From the NCBI RefSeq assembly GCF_000315625.1, contig NW_005434640.1, forward strand, positions 476,452-540,451: 64,000 nt of DNA. Direction: 5' to 3'. Origin of the DNA: Guillardia theta CCMP2712 (Eukaryota; Protista; Cryptophyta). The notes beneath the pieces were generated by a model that was not told the DNA's origin, searched no databases, and saw only the letters and a program-made list of their open reading frames with translations. Positions 11,631 through 23,531 of the stretch are shown one piece after another. A program made the position numbers and the translations under genes. The number at the start of each line of letters is the position of its first letter. Position 1 is the stretch's first letter.

Positions 11631-13616
11631 ATGTCTCGAAACCACGTCGATCGCTTCTCGCCGGAGGTTGCTCCAATGCCGTCAGTCGCCAGTAAGGATA
11701 ATGGAGAAGATGGAGATGATTGAGACGATGATTGCGAGGATGATGATGACAGAGATGATTATGATAATCATAATGGAGATGGAGATAATGATGAAGATGA
11801 TGACGGTGTTGGTGTTGGTGTTGGTGTTGGTGTTGGTGGTGAAGGATACGATGGTGGTGGTGGTGGTGGTGGTGGTGGTGATGGTGCTGACTTGAAGCAG
11901 AGCAGGCAGGTGTGGGCCTGATGCTTGGTGAAGAGAAAGGTAGAGATGGTGTGTTTGTGAAGCAGCTGGTGCCCAGAGGATCAGCAGAACGAACGGGCAA
12001 GGTAAAGGAGAGGAAGTAGACGAAGCTGGAGGAGAAAATGATGGTGTGCTTAGATCAAGATCGGCGATCAGATCGTGAGGGTCGGCGATCAGGAGGTGGT
12101 TCACAGGAATGTCGCTGAGCTGCGTCACCTCATCATCGGCGAGATCGGCAGCGTCTGTGAGATCTGCTTCCTCGACCAGCATGGTCAGGCGAGTTCGTCT
12201 CTTGTCTCACTTGTTCTCCGGCTTGTCTTCTTGCTGATGGGCCTGCCAGACCTACACAGTCCAGCTGCGCAGGGGAACACCTGAGTACCTGGACTCCTTG
12301 AGCAGAGAAGCAGGAGGACGAGGAGGAGAGGAGCTGAAGCCAAGCAACAGCGGCAGGTGAACACATATCAAAGGCTGGCCTGCTGGGGATGACAAGGCAG
12401 CAGCTGGGGACCTCCTGCAGGTCACGCGTCGCTTCAGGAGGAGAACGACTGGCTGCGTGCAGCTCTGCGACTTGCAGGTCGTGGCAGGAGAGGAAAGGAG
12501 GGGCAGGAGATGAAGTCGAGCCGCAGAGTCGCACGTGAGAGGCAGCAAGGAGGAGCTGCGATCGCTACACGTCATGTTTGAGCGGCAAAAGGAGGAGGCA
12601 GAGAAGCGCATGGCGATGTTGCAGGAGCATGTCACTCGCAGTGACGAGGAGCGAAGGCAGGAGGAGCTGCTTGTGGCGACGCTACCTGACGATCTGCAGG
12701 ATGTCAGAGAATCGGACATGGCAGGCGGAGGAGAGTCTGCGAGCTGCTGAGCTGAAGCTCGCAGAGGCGTCGAGACGAGAGCAGGCTTTGAAGGAGGAGT
12801 CAAGGAAGGTGAAGGCTGTCGAGGAGAGGCGGCGCTTGCGCTGACGAGTGTCAAGGCATATGAGAACGAGCAGATGAGGTTGGAGTATATCCAGGAGCTC
12901 AAGCGGAGGTTCGAGGAGGAGAAAAGGTTCAGCTCGTTGCCTTGTTGGCTCATTGTCACTATCAACCGCAGGTCTCTCGAAACAGAACTAGTGCGCATGC
13001 ATGACGGACTGCGACTGGAGCGAAGCAAGAGGCTTGAGGAGGAGGCTGCTAATGCGACTCTACGGCAAGAAGTGGAGGTCTGCCTTCTCCTCCCCCATCT
13101 TCTCTCCTCTCATTCCTTGCAGCGCGTGTCGGAGGCATACAAGATTGCAATCATCAACAACAACGAGGCAAGAGAAACCCCTCACCCCCCCCCTCCTTGC
13201 TCGCTCGCTCGCCACCCCCCCCTCCTCTTTTCTCGCTCGCTCCCCCCTCCTCTTTTCTCGCTCGCCCCCCGCTCGTGCTCTCCGCCCCTTCCCCTCACAA
13301 TCAGCAGGGGGCCGAGAAGGTCCGCGAGCAGACGGAGAAGATCCGCGAGATTCAGAGGCACAACAGCAACCTCACCATCCTCCTGTCTGAGATCCATCCT
13401 CGCCTCACCGTCCTCGAGCAGGTCCTCCGCTTCTCATCCCCCTCTTCTCATCCCCCCCTGTCTCTTCCTCCCCTCACCTCCAGCTACCTCAGGATGTTCT
13501 CAGCGTGTCTCGCATGGGCGCCTTCGATGCCTCCAACGGCGTTGGCGGGCGAGGAGGAGGAGCGACGCGAGAAGAGGAGGTCATCATGGCATGAGTTCAC
13601 TTTCTTCTCCTTATAA
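11631..13616 (+). CDS. Hypothetical coiled-coil protein, multi-exon
   Basis: E/R/K-rich helical exons (EELRSLHVMFERQKEEAEKRMAMLQE; EQTEKIREIQRHNSNLTILLSE) separated by short GT-AG introns. Confidence 0.55.
11700..11890. repeat. Degenerate (GAT)n/(GGTGTT)n/(GGT)n microsatellite, probably intronic
   Basis: Directly visible tri- and hexanucleotide runs. Confidence 0.9.
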
Positions 13617-14735
13617 GGTAAATGCTCTCGCGGAAGTACGAGCACCCTCGCTCTCGCCATCGCTTTTCCTCCTCCTTCACTTCTCTCCGCTGCTCATCGT
13701 CAGTTTCTCTCCGCGACCAGCGCTTCTCACCTGCAGCAGCTCCACCACGTATCGCTCCTCGTACAGCCTCCTCACCTCCTCTTCTGGTATGCTGTATGGT
13801 GGGCCAAGCTGCAAGCCGTCATTCTTCTCCCTCCTCCCTCCTCCTTCCTCGCGTCACCTTGCCGTTGGAATATCCGTCATGCTCCACTGTGACCAGGAGG
13901 ATGCGACCCCCTCGTTCCATCAGCCCGTCGGTCACTTGCACGTACTCTCCTCGATGCTCCGGGGGGATGGCGACCAGCGCTCCTCGGTCAAAGCACGCCT
14001 GCAGCCGCGTCACCACCCACCCTCCTCTTCACTCGCAAGCGCCTCGAAGCGGCCGGCAACGCCCTCGTGCAAGAGGAAGAAATCTCCGACTAGGAAGGTA
14101 AAGGAGGCGCGGGAGGCAGGGAGATAGAGGATCATCTTTTTGAACTCCTTTCCTTCTCCTCTCGTCGCCGTCAGCTTGTGCTCTGCCTCAAGCTCCTCCA
14201 CGGCAGCAGGGCAGCAGTCGACGCCGACGACCTACGGCCAGGCTTCATTCGAGCCTCCTCCTCCTCCTCCTCCTCCTCCTCCTCCTCCTCCTCACCTCCC
14301 CCTCCTACCTTGTGTCCCATTGAAGCCAGCCAAGGAAGGTCGACAGTCTTGCCGCAGAGAGGAAGAAGAATCGCCTTAGGGAAGTGAGGAGCGCTGATTC
14401 CATCCTCGAACAGCTCGAGCAGATGCGCGGAGAGCGCGGGATGCACGTGGGGGAGATGAAAGCTGGTCTGACCGTTCTAGACGAAGAAGTGAGCGCTCGG
14501 AGAGAAGCAGGGAGATGAGCAAACAGATAGGAGGGAAGGGAAGGGAGGGGGAAGGGGAAGATTAGGTATCGCTGACCTTCCAACGAGTATTCCAGGCGTC
14601 AAGCTCATCCGAGTTGCACCTTCTCCTCCTTCTCCTCCTCTCCTCCTCGTCTTCTCCTCCTCCTCGCATCCACATCATCCCCCTCATCCCCGCCATCGTC
14701 GCTCCCACCCGTCGTATCCCCAACCATTCTCTCAT
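13597..14735 (-). CDS. TPMT: Thiopurine S-methyltransferase family protein
   Basis: Spliced exons give DAWNTRWK..FH, ILLPLCGKTVDLPWLASMGH, VVGVD, VGDFF, FDRGALVAIPP and GPPYSI. Stop TGA at 13597-13599. Confidence 0.92.
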
Positions 14736-14921
14736 CGCAACTTGTTGGCCTCATCCCCACTCATCCCATGGTTATCTCGCCTCCCAGCCCCCTCATAGCC
14801 CATCACCTCAAGGTCGCATATTATTCGAATCCCGTCATAAGCTCTCGTTCCCATCCTCCTACCTTTGCGCTTTCCTGATTTGTCACCTAGAAACCTTACG
14901 AGGGGGAGCGTATGGTGCAAC

Positions 14922-14986
14922 GGGAGGGAGGGAGGGAGGGAGGGAGGGAGGGAGGGAGGGAGGGAGGGAGGGAGGGAGGGAGGGAG
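14922..14986. repeat. (GGGA)n microsatellite between divergent genes
   Basis: About 16 GGGA units. Confidence 0.95.
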
Positions 14987-15098
14987 AGAGCACAGGCTAG
15001 AAGGCGAGGGAGGAGACGGGGAATCTGGAGCTGATATCTGTCACTTATCTTTCTGTGTTTGCAGATGAACGTGTCTAGATGAAATTTGAGTCGCCAAC

Positions 15099-17801
15099 AT
15101 GAACGAGATGGAGCAAGAGACGCAGGAACCAGGGCGAAGGAGATCTGGAGGGAGAGCGCGAGTGATGGAGGTTCCGATGCAGCTGTGAGGGAGGGGTTTT
15201 GGTGCGTGTGTCTTCTGACGTCTATGTAGGTGGCGCAAGTACAGTGTGCTTCTGCTGTGGTTGGCGGTGGGGCTCGACCTGATCGTCTCCAAGTTGGGGT
15301 TCTGCTACCTCGGTCAGAGCATCAGCATCCTCTTCGTCGTCCTCTACCTCATCGACAACGTCAGTCTTCGTAGAGCCGTGTGCTCGTTCTGGTTCGGCAT
15401 GATGGACTTGTACTTCCGTGAGATCTCCGTGGGAGGGGAGCAGAAGATTCTTCCCATCCAGGACGGACGCGCCGTCATCTTCGCGTGTGCCCCGCACGTC
15501 AATCAGTTCGTCGACCCCATCGTCGTCATGAAGGTCGTGGCGCTCAAGACGCGGCGGCACATCAGCTGGATGACAGCTGCCAAGTCCTTCGCTCGCCCGG
15601 CCATCGGCAAGTTCGCGCGAGCCCTCAAGGGCATCCCCGTCGTGCGTCCCGAAGACAACGAGGAGCGAGGAAGCGGCTTCATTACCACCCAGGGCTGCCA
15701 GGTCAGAGGCCACGGAGGAACACAGTTCACGAGGAGCTTCAAGAAAGGCTGCGTGCTGGTAGTGAAGCGCAAGGGGTCGAAGCTGAGCGGGAAGGTGGCG
15801 GAGGTGATCTCAGACGAAGAGATGGTTCTCTCCTCCCCGATGCAAGAGACTGTCAAGACCCTCCAGCCCTCCGACAACTCCAAGGCCTTCCACCGCGCAC
15901 TGTCCACACCCACGACTCTCCTCCTCCTCCTCGCAACGCTGCTCCCCCTGCTCCTCCTCCTCCCCAGGGTCTTTCCCCCTAATTGGTGGCCGATGGCGTA
16001 CATGCTGGCTTGCCAGCTGGCGTGTCTCATCACGAGCTTGATCTACAAGGTGCTGAGGGACGAGAGTAAGCCCGAAGAGCTCATCCGAGTCGTCGCTCCT
16101 CTCAAGGGGCTTCTCAAGGTTGCCTCCTCCGGCCGTCTGAGCTCCCTCGCCAGGTTGACAAGGCGACTCTACTCTCCCCCTTCTCCTCGCTTCATTTCTC
16201 TTCCTCCTCTTGCTCCCCTCCCATTCATGCTGAGGCAAGCAGCAGGCATGAGCCCAAGAAGAAGGGGCTGCAGACCTCCCTGCGAGCGGCAGGCGACGAG
16301 GCGACGCAGCAGGGAGTGAGCAAGCGATCCGTCGACGTCACAGAGCCATCGGCCTACAGTTTCCTACCTTACGTGGACCAGAGCGAGATGTTCGAGCAGG
16401 CATAGTTCCTCCTCTCCTCCTCTCTTCCTCCTCTCTCCTCCTCTCGCTGCTCCTCATCTCTTGCAGGTCTACGACTTCCTCCTGCATGGCGGGACCATTG
16501 GCATCTTTCCGGAGGGAGGGACACACGACGGGACGCAGGTAAGCGCGTGGGGTGAGGGAGGGGCCTGAGGTTGCCGCAGCTTCTTCCCCTCAAGTGGGGC
16601 ATCAGCACCATGGTCCTCGGGGCCATGGCCAAGCACACGGGCCCAGAGCCTCTCAAGATTTCCGTGGTGCCGGTGAGGAGGAGGGAGGAGGGAGGAGGGG
16701 AAATGACATTCTGGCAGGTCGGGCTCAACTACTTCTCTCCGCATCAATTTCGCAGCACAGTGTCCGTTGACTTCGGGGACCCGATCGATGTGGATCAGGC
16801 GACCGTCGACCGATGGAGGAGCGGGAGCAAGGAGGTGAAGGTCGCAGCGGCAGCTGCAGCGGCTGACACTTGTGAATCCACAGGCGAAGCAGGAGGCCAA
16901 CGCCGCCGTGATGGACCTCGTCATGGCGGGGATGAGCGCAGTGACCCTGCAGGTGAGAGGAGGGCGAACGCTTGGGGGGGAGGAGGGGGAGAGGAAGGCG
17001 GGGCAGCTGTGATGGTGGAGCAGGCGAAGGATGTGGAGACTCTGGAGCTCTACCGGACGATCCGTCGGCTTTTCGTTCCTCTTGGCTCCCGTCTGTCGGT
17101 CAAGGACAACGTCGCCCTCACTCAGAGCGTCGCCGCCAGCCTCAACTTCGAGACGCGCAAGGAACCTCGCGTCCAACACTTCCTGTCTCGGTGCCGGCAG
17201 TACAGGTGAGGCCCGTTTCCTCCTTCTTCTCTTGGCCTCTCCCTGACTCCATGGCAGCGACATGCTCACTCAGTACAAGGTGCATGACTATCAGGTGCAG
17301 CGCTTCCGGGAGCGAGCCCTCTCGGACTCCCAGCGCTTGTCCGTCATTATGAAGACTCTGCATCGCCTCTCCATGGCGCTGCTGCTCGTCGCGCTCCTCC
17401 TCCCCTGGTGGTTGTGCGTCGCCCCTGTCTCGCTCTGCATCGCCGTCGTCTCGGACTGGCAGGCGAGGAAGGCCAACAAGATGAGCGTCAAGGGAACCTG
17501 GAAGATCCTCGCCGGCACCGCCGTCATCCCCCTCACTCACTTTCTCTGCACCTGCGCCTTCTGGTTCACCTTCGGCGAGTTCGTGGGCCTCGTGTGGTTC
17601 TTCACAGCGCCGGTGGGGGGCATGCTGGCCATCTACGCGACAGAGGAGAGCTTCCAGCTGCTCAAGTCCCTCAACTCTCTTCTCTTCGTGCTCGCCAACA
17701 AGAACGCCGGCGAGCAGCTCTACAACCTCCGTGAAAGCCTCCGCAAGGAAGCCCTCGAGCTCATGCCCAGCTGCATCGGAGCTCCGGAGGGAAGGGAGTG
17801 A
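15099..17801 (+). CDS. Glycerol-3-phosphate/DHAP acyltransferase, fungal Sct1/Gpt2 type
   Basis: APHVNQFVDP (motif I), IPVVRPED, PYVDQSEMFEQVYDFL, IGIFPEGGTHDGTQLLPLKWG, VGLNYF..HQFRS and C-terminal TM helices. First intron 15185-15229; GC-AG intron 16400-16466. Confidence 0.9.
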
Positions 17802-17958
17802 CGGGGAGGAGTGGAGGAGGGTCAGAGTAAAGGGACTACGAGGTAGTGAAGTCCAACTGTTGGAATGAATGAACGTGCAGGAACGCGTGACAACGTGGAT
17901 GATGTGCGAGTTAGAGCAACGGGAGCTAGACTGCTAACAAGAGTTTTCATTCATGTGC

Positions 17959-18679
17959 TTATGCTTCTCCTGGAGCTGATCTGATGATGTCTGAATCGCC
18001 AGGGTCTGTGATGGACAAGGAGGCTACGCGGAAGTACTTACCGCACGCTGTTCCGAGGTCCACGTTGTCTGCAACTAATGTCAATCTTGCGACGACTGAG
18101 GGAGCTTGCAACAACCACACAACGAAATGCACGGCGAAAGATACATAGAAGAGAAGAGACGGGATGAGATGAGAAGAGGCGGGATGAGATGAAAGAGACG
18201 GGATGAGATGAGATGAGACGGGATGAGATGAGATGAGATGTGGATATCTGGTTGGTAGCCAACACACGAAGCCTCTGAACTCCCGAAAGAGAAGAAACTT
18301 CGCTTCAGCTTCTCGTGACGTAGAAGCGATATTTTGAAAGTGAAGCACGACAGAAAGCAGAGGCAGCCATGCGATACACAAGAGACGCGATCCCGAGAAA
18401 GGACACCACAGAACGATACATGACATCACAATCAGGAATGCAAACAAAATACTCACTTCCAGAATAATGGTGGACGTTGGTCTTGGCAAGCATAGCGTAG
18501 TACTCGATCTCAGACTTTCGGAGAGGGGGGCAGTTGTTGCAGATGATGACAAGCTTGCTCTTGCCCGACCGGAGGGTCTTGAGGGTGGACTTGTATCCTA
18601 GCGTGTACTTGCCCGACTTCATCACAAGCGCCAGGCGCGAGTTGATGCTCTCCTGCGCTGTCTTCCCCTTCTTCGGCAT
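17959..18679 (-). CDS. RPL30: 60S ribosomal protein L30 (eL30)
   Basis: [20 protein letters not shown]...[13 protein letters not shown]...[16 protein letters not shown]...DPGDSDI. One intron at 18069-18456. Confidence 0.98.
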
Positions 18680-18950
18680 GGCGTTCTCCTCCTCGTGTGC
18701 CCGTTCTTTTTTTTTAACCCCCACCCCCCTCTCTCCTCCTCCATAGGGGTGGCTTCATATACTACCCTACTACCCTTCAAATCACATAGAAAGAGTGGGG
18801 TGCATTGAGATTTCCATCACCACTATTTTTACCAGGACCCCCCTTCGAACCCGTTCTGGAGGGGTAGTGGAACATTTGGATATTACAGGGGGTGGGGTAG
18901 GGCCCACGTGCTCGACCATGCTGGTCCAGGTGAGATAAATGAGGACACTG

Positions 18951-19140
18951 GAAGGGAAGGGAGAGGAAGGGAAGGGAGAGGAAGGGAGAGGAAGGGAAGG
19001 GAGAGGAAGGGAAGGTAGAGGAAGGGAAGGGAGAGGAAGGGAAGGTAGAGGAAGGGAAGGGAGAGGAAGGGAGAGGAAGGGAAGGGAGAGGAAGGGAAGG
19101 TAGAGGAAGGGAAGGGAGAGGAAGGGATGAGAAGAGGGGA
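18951..19140. repeat. Polypurine minisatellite (~16-bp GAAGGGAAGGGAGAGG units)
   Basis: Directly visible. Confidence 0.9.
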
Positions 19141-19546
19141 GGGTTGTGGTCAGGTTGTCAGTATTAGGATGCGTTTCGATTACCAAGTGGGAAGAAAACG
19201 TTGGGACAAAACTACAAGGATCTCGTCCTACTGGAACTGAAGTTTTCTTCTGTAGGTCGAATACGGACATGTCAATCATGTGAAATATCCTACTGCTTGT
19301 CAAGTTCGTTGAGCAGTGATTCAACAACCCGTGAAGCTTTGTGATGTAAAGCTTTTGCACCAGTACATGGTCCTCATCGCTATCTCGAGAGCGGTTGGAT
19401 GATAGAGGTGAGATTTTTTATTTTACTGTTCGTCTTGCATGTTTCTTGTCTCTTGCCCTCGCGACGAAGAAAGTTTGCGTGTTAGGAGAAGTGAAATATT
19501 TCAGCATCGTCTGTTGTTGATATGTTTTCACGTGGCCTTGTGCTAC

Positions 19547-20026
19547 CTATGAATGATGCGCAGGGGTACTGAGCGAACTGTGATGAAACAGATTGAAGTC
19601 GTGACGTGATGGAGTGCTTGTGACATGTAAATGGTGCAGATAGGACGAAGGAGGCGCATCGACATGTAAATGGTGCAGATAGGACGGAGGAGGGGCATCG
19701 ATAGCTCTGAGCAGGTGAAGTCTCATCTCTCTCTACGAGTGTCTCTTGTTGTGTGGCTGTGAGGAGAGATGCTGCACATTGGTCGAACGAGACAGCTTAG
19801 CCCGAGAGCCGGCATGTCCGGAGAACCCACTCGGGGCAGGTGTCTCCTCGTGAGAAGACTGTGTGGCTGTCTGAGCCTTGATCTTGTGGAGAAGCTCTCG
19901 CGACGTGCCAAGCGTGACAAGGTGTTGAAGCGTTTGCTCGCAGGCCGTCACTCGTCCAGGCCCCCACAAACCGATGAGCCTCCGAGGGGCTCCGCGAACA
20001 AGACCGGCCAACAGCAACAAGAGCAT
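19547..20026 (-). CDS. Possible small secreted hypothetical protein with His-rich 13-aa repeats
   Basis: MLLLLLAGLVRG start. A likely second exon includes the 39-bp repeat translating DAPP(P/S)SYLHHLHV twice. Confidence 0.35.
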
Positions 20027-20134
20027 GGAGTTGTCATATGTAGTTCATTAATGAAACACTGAGGCTCTTGACTGTTATAATCATACCTTAGTACCGATTG
20101 ATTTCTCAAAGTATAATTCCATGTATGCCCTTCA

Positions 20135-20383
20135 TCAGCCGTCGGTTCCTTTCTGCGGCCACATGTATAGACCGTGAGCAAACACTGTATGGCAAGTCAG
20201 CCTGTACAACAAGTCGTCGAAATGCTTACAAACTCCTACGCACGAGAAGAACACGCGATTCCTCCATACTGGATTGTTCTTCAGAAGGATTCGTGACATT
20301 GGAATGGTCGGTGCCCATAAGAGAGGAGTCAGCATGTTCCAGTTGACTTCGCGTTGACGTCTAGGGGGTTCGTGAGCTTCCAT
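20135..20383 (-). CDS. Small (~67 aa) membrane protein of unknown function
   Basis: A 45-bp intron (20185-20229) gives VNWNMLTPLLWAPTIPMSRILLKNNPVWRNRVFFSCVGVLFAHGLYMW. From memory it resembles small uncharacterised plant/algal proteins (PLIYAP..P..R..L...P..R.R.F....AHG). Confidence 0.7.
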   Translation of the reverse strand: MEAHEPPRRQREVNWNMLTPLLWAPTIPMSRILLKNNPVWRNRVFFSCVGVCKHFDDLLYRLTCHTVFAHGLYMWPQKGTDG

Positions 20384-21419
20384 CACGCTGCAATCAAACG
20401 TCAGGTGACGACCGGTTCGACATGAAGTCTCTCCAAGGGGGCATAAACACCTCGTCTCCTCTTAATGTGCAGAGAAAACCAACGAAAACCAAGCACGAGA
20501 GAAGCAGCAGCCTGAAACTAGAACAATTGCCCGAAAGAAGTGGGTCGAAAGGCTTACACAAAAGATTACCACAAGTCAATTATCAGAAGACATGAAAGTT
20601 CAACACTAAGCCGAGCAGCGAGGAGCATTAGCAGCAGTGTGAGACGAGCCTAACATCAGAGGAACATGAGGAGCTGGATCTGGTGGAGCTGTTGAGGTGC
20701 CAGTACAGCAGCACATGGGGACAGCAGCAGCAGCAGCAGCAGTTAGGGCAGGTGGAGAGGAGGGGAGAAGTATGGGATAGAGGTAGGAGGGAGGCGGGAG
20801 GCGGGAGGCGGGAGGAGAAGGAGGAGAGGAAGAGAGGTAGGGGATGGAGGAGGGAGGCGGGAGGAGGGAGGCGGAGGAGGAGAGGAAGAGAGGTAGGGGA
20901 TGGAGGAGGGGGAGGGGATGAAGAGGAGGTGAAGGAAGTTCTACACTCTTCCGATCATCGCCCAGCGCATGCATTACATGTTCAAGAGTTACCCACCCCA
21001 TCTGAATGACCCCTACCCTGTTAATCTTGTTTCCTGTACCCCCTACCCAGTAAAATATGACCACCACAGGACCCAGCTCTTTTTTACTACAGCTAAACAC
21101 TATCTTTTTTAACCACCCTACCCTGATCAATTCCCCAGTCTTTCCATGACACCCACCCACTCGATCATTGTTCTCAACCCCCACCCATTATTTTCCATGT
21201 CTCACCCACCCCACCCCCATCTTGGAACTCCACAAGAGATGAAACCTCTAGCTTGCAGTGCCCATGTACCCCTACCACCTCAATTTCAGTAAAAAGAAGG
21301 GGTACACCTGTGTCAGCAGGTAAGCAATGTCATAGAACGTCAGGTCCCCATGTATGAGGGCGATGAAAGAGTTGACTGAACTGAAATGCTGTTGAGGCGG
21401 ACTCGAGGTTTGACGTCAG

Positions 21420-21840
21420 CCTGATTTTTAATGATTTTTTATTAGACCGACGGTTACCTTTTAATTAACCGTCACACGGTTGCCAAAGTTGTACGCCTGA
21501 TACTAACTTAACTTGAGTACGCCGCCACCTGGCACTGCTGCCAGTCACAAGTTCCGAAGTTCCCGTGGCGGCCGCTCAGTGGCAACCCGCCGACGGTGAT
21601 CGGACCCGCTGCGTCCCGGAGTCCGATCACGCCGCCGCAACGCCGGGTTAAGTTACCCGTGACCGTCTGTCACTGCCGGGGCCCGTGCCATTGCAGCACT
21701 GAGCCATGGCACACCGTGTGACCCGCGGCACAGCGGCAAGGCTCGATGGAAAGCGACCCGCGCGCCGGGCGCCGCCTCTCGAGCCTCCGGGAACTTCCGG
21801 GAAGTACCGTGACGGTGTTGATCATGCCAAGTTCAATCAA
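21420..21840. promoter_or_regulatory. Hairpin-dense intergenic island
   Basis: Stems GACGGTTA/TAACCGTC (21449-21473), CTGGCA/TGCCAG (~21529-21544) and GTGATCGGAC/GTCCGATCAC (21596-21630). Confidence 0.45.
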
Positions 21841-21843
21841 TTG

Positions 21844-23033
21844 TTACGCGACATCCCCAAACATGAGCTCTGCTGCAGGCTTACCGTCAGCGTAAGTCGT
21901 GATGTTCATCTTGACCCCCGTGAAGTTGAATGTGTATCCCAGTTTCACGTCCTGTGGCCACTTGGCAGTCACTCTTGTCTTCATCTCATCGTCGCTGTAG
22001 TAGTCCTGGTAGGGTCTGTGCCCCGAGTCGTTGTGCATCACAAACCCCAGCTTACGGTAGACGGCCAGGAGTTTCCCCGTGGGGTCGATCCGCATTAAGA
22101 TCGCCTGGAAGTCTCGCTGGAAGTGCTCAACTCGGCCGAGGAAGTTGAGCCCTGGCCGACCCTTGGAGTCGTAGATGAGAGGGTATTGCTCATACTCCGT
22201 GTGGTACCCGCACCCTCCGCGCCCCTTGTTGAAGAGGAACTGTCTGAAGCTGCAGTACTTTGCCGCAAGCTCTTTTCTTTTCTTCAAGTCCTTGACAGCC
22301 AGCTGCCTCCTTTTCAGCCCGTAGCTCCAGAAAGACACTGCGCGATCCCACCTAGGTAGAACAACTCACAGGTGAGATGCATAGGCCAACGGCGAGCAAG
22401 CTCACGGGTTTCTTGTGAAGGCAAAAGAGAAATAAGATGGATTCTTCACACACTTCTCGGATATCTTGAAATGTTTCATCCTTGAGGTTCAGCAGTCACA
22501 AGAACGCGTACTGCGGCATCCCTAAAACCTCACCTTTGCTCTTTGGTGTCGCATGTCGCATTTTCAGTTGCTGCACAAAATATATCTGCCAGGTTCTCCG
22601 CGACTGAGCTTCCAGCGTTCTTAGGAATATGCAGAAGCATGGCCTTCCAACGATCGTTCATGTAGCACAAAAAGTACATCTGCGGCTGGCTGGTCTTGGA
22701 ACCATCGGGACCAGGATGGGTCAAGTTGCCGAAGTCCAAGGCACGCATTGAGTGTGATTCCGCATCGTCACTTGCACTCTCTTCCAGTTCCTTTCGCTGA
22801 CCTTGTTCACCTGCTTCTTGTTTCAGCCTCTTCTTGCAACAGCAGAGAGCTGCCAACCTCTCGGCGCTGATGGCGACAACTTGCCGGGTGAATAGTTGGG
22901 AATCGAAGCTGCGAGGGAAGTCAGAGCGAGGATGTCTGCATGCGCTCCAATGCTCTGACCTGGATCGATCAGTTTCTGCTCTTGTAGTAGAGGCTAAGAT
23001 GCAAGGGTCAAGAGTGAGCAATAAGAACCTCAA
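21844..23033 (-). CDS. Sulfotransferase family protein (carbohydrate sulfotransferase-like); 5' end uncertain
   Basis: 5'-PSB motif LLHIPKNAGSSV; 3'-PB motif FAFTRNP/WDRAVSFWSY across an intron; NFLGRVEHFQRDF. Confidence 0.85.
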
Positions 23034-23531
23034 ACCTCAACTTACAACTCGGTGGAGCTGATGGTTGTTGGCCTTGTCTGAAACAGGAATAGTAATGGTT
23101 ACAAGCACCTTTCGTGCAAAGAGATTAGCTTGTAGACGGCATGATGAAGATGTACCATGACAGATGCCAACCAGGTCATGACATGTTTCTTCAACATTTT
23201 CCGTGGTACTCCTAATCTCTGCTCTCCCCCAACGACATTGAAACCCTTACAACTCTGCTGTAAGTCCTCAAGTAATGCGCAGAGCCTCCTTGCTCATGAT
23301 ATCGACATCCTGTGGCGCCATCGACGTATCCGATGCGTTTGCTCGTCTCTTCCCTTGCTGTTCCCTCGCTCCTACGGATGACCCCTTGAGGAGAGGAGGA
23401 GGGTTCCTGCTAAGGGGGGTGCTGTCCCACTGTCTCTGAGTTGGAAGGTGGAGGGTGTGTGGGGGGATGCGGGGGGATTCAATCAATATGGTCTACCATC
23501 TGCGTGGATCACATCAGCGACCCTTCGAGCG

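Noticed and set aside
11407-12000. Poly-His / HQ-repeat protein ORF
   Set aside because: Translation of a GGT/GAT microsatellite that is probably intronic.
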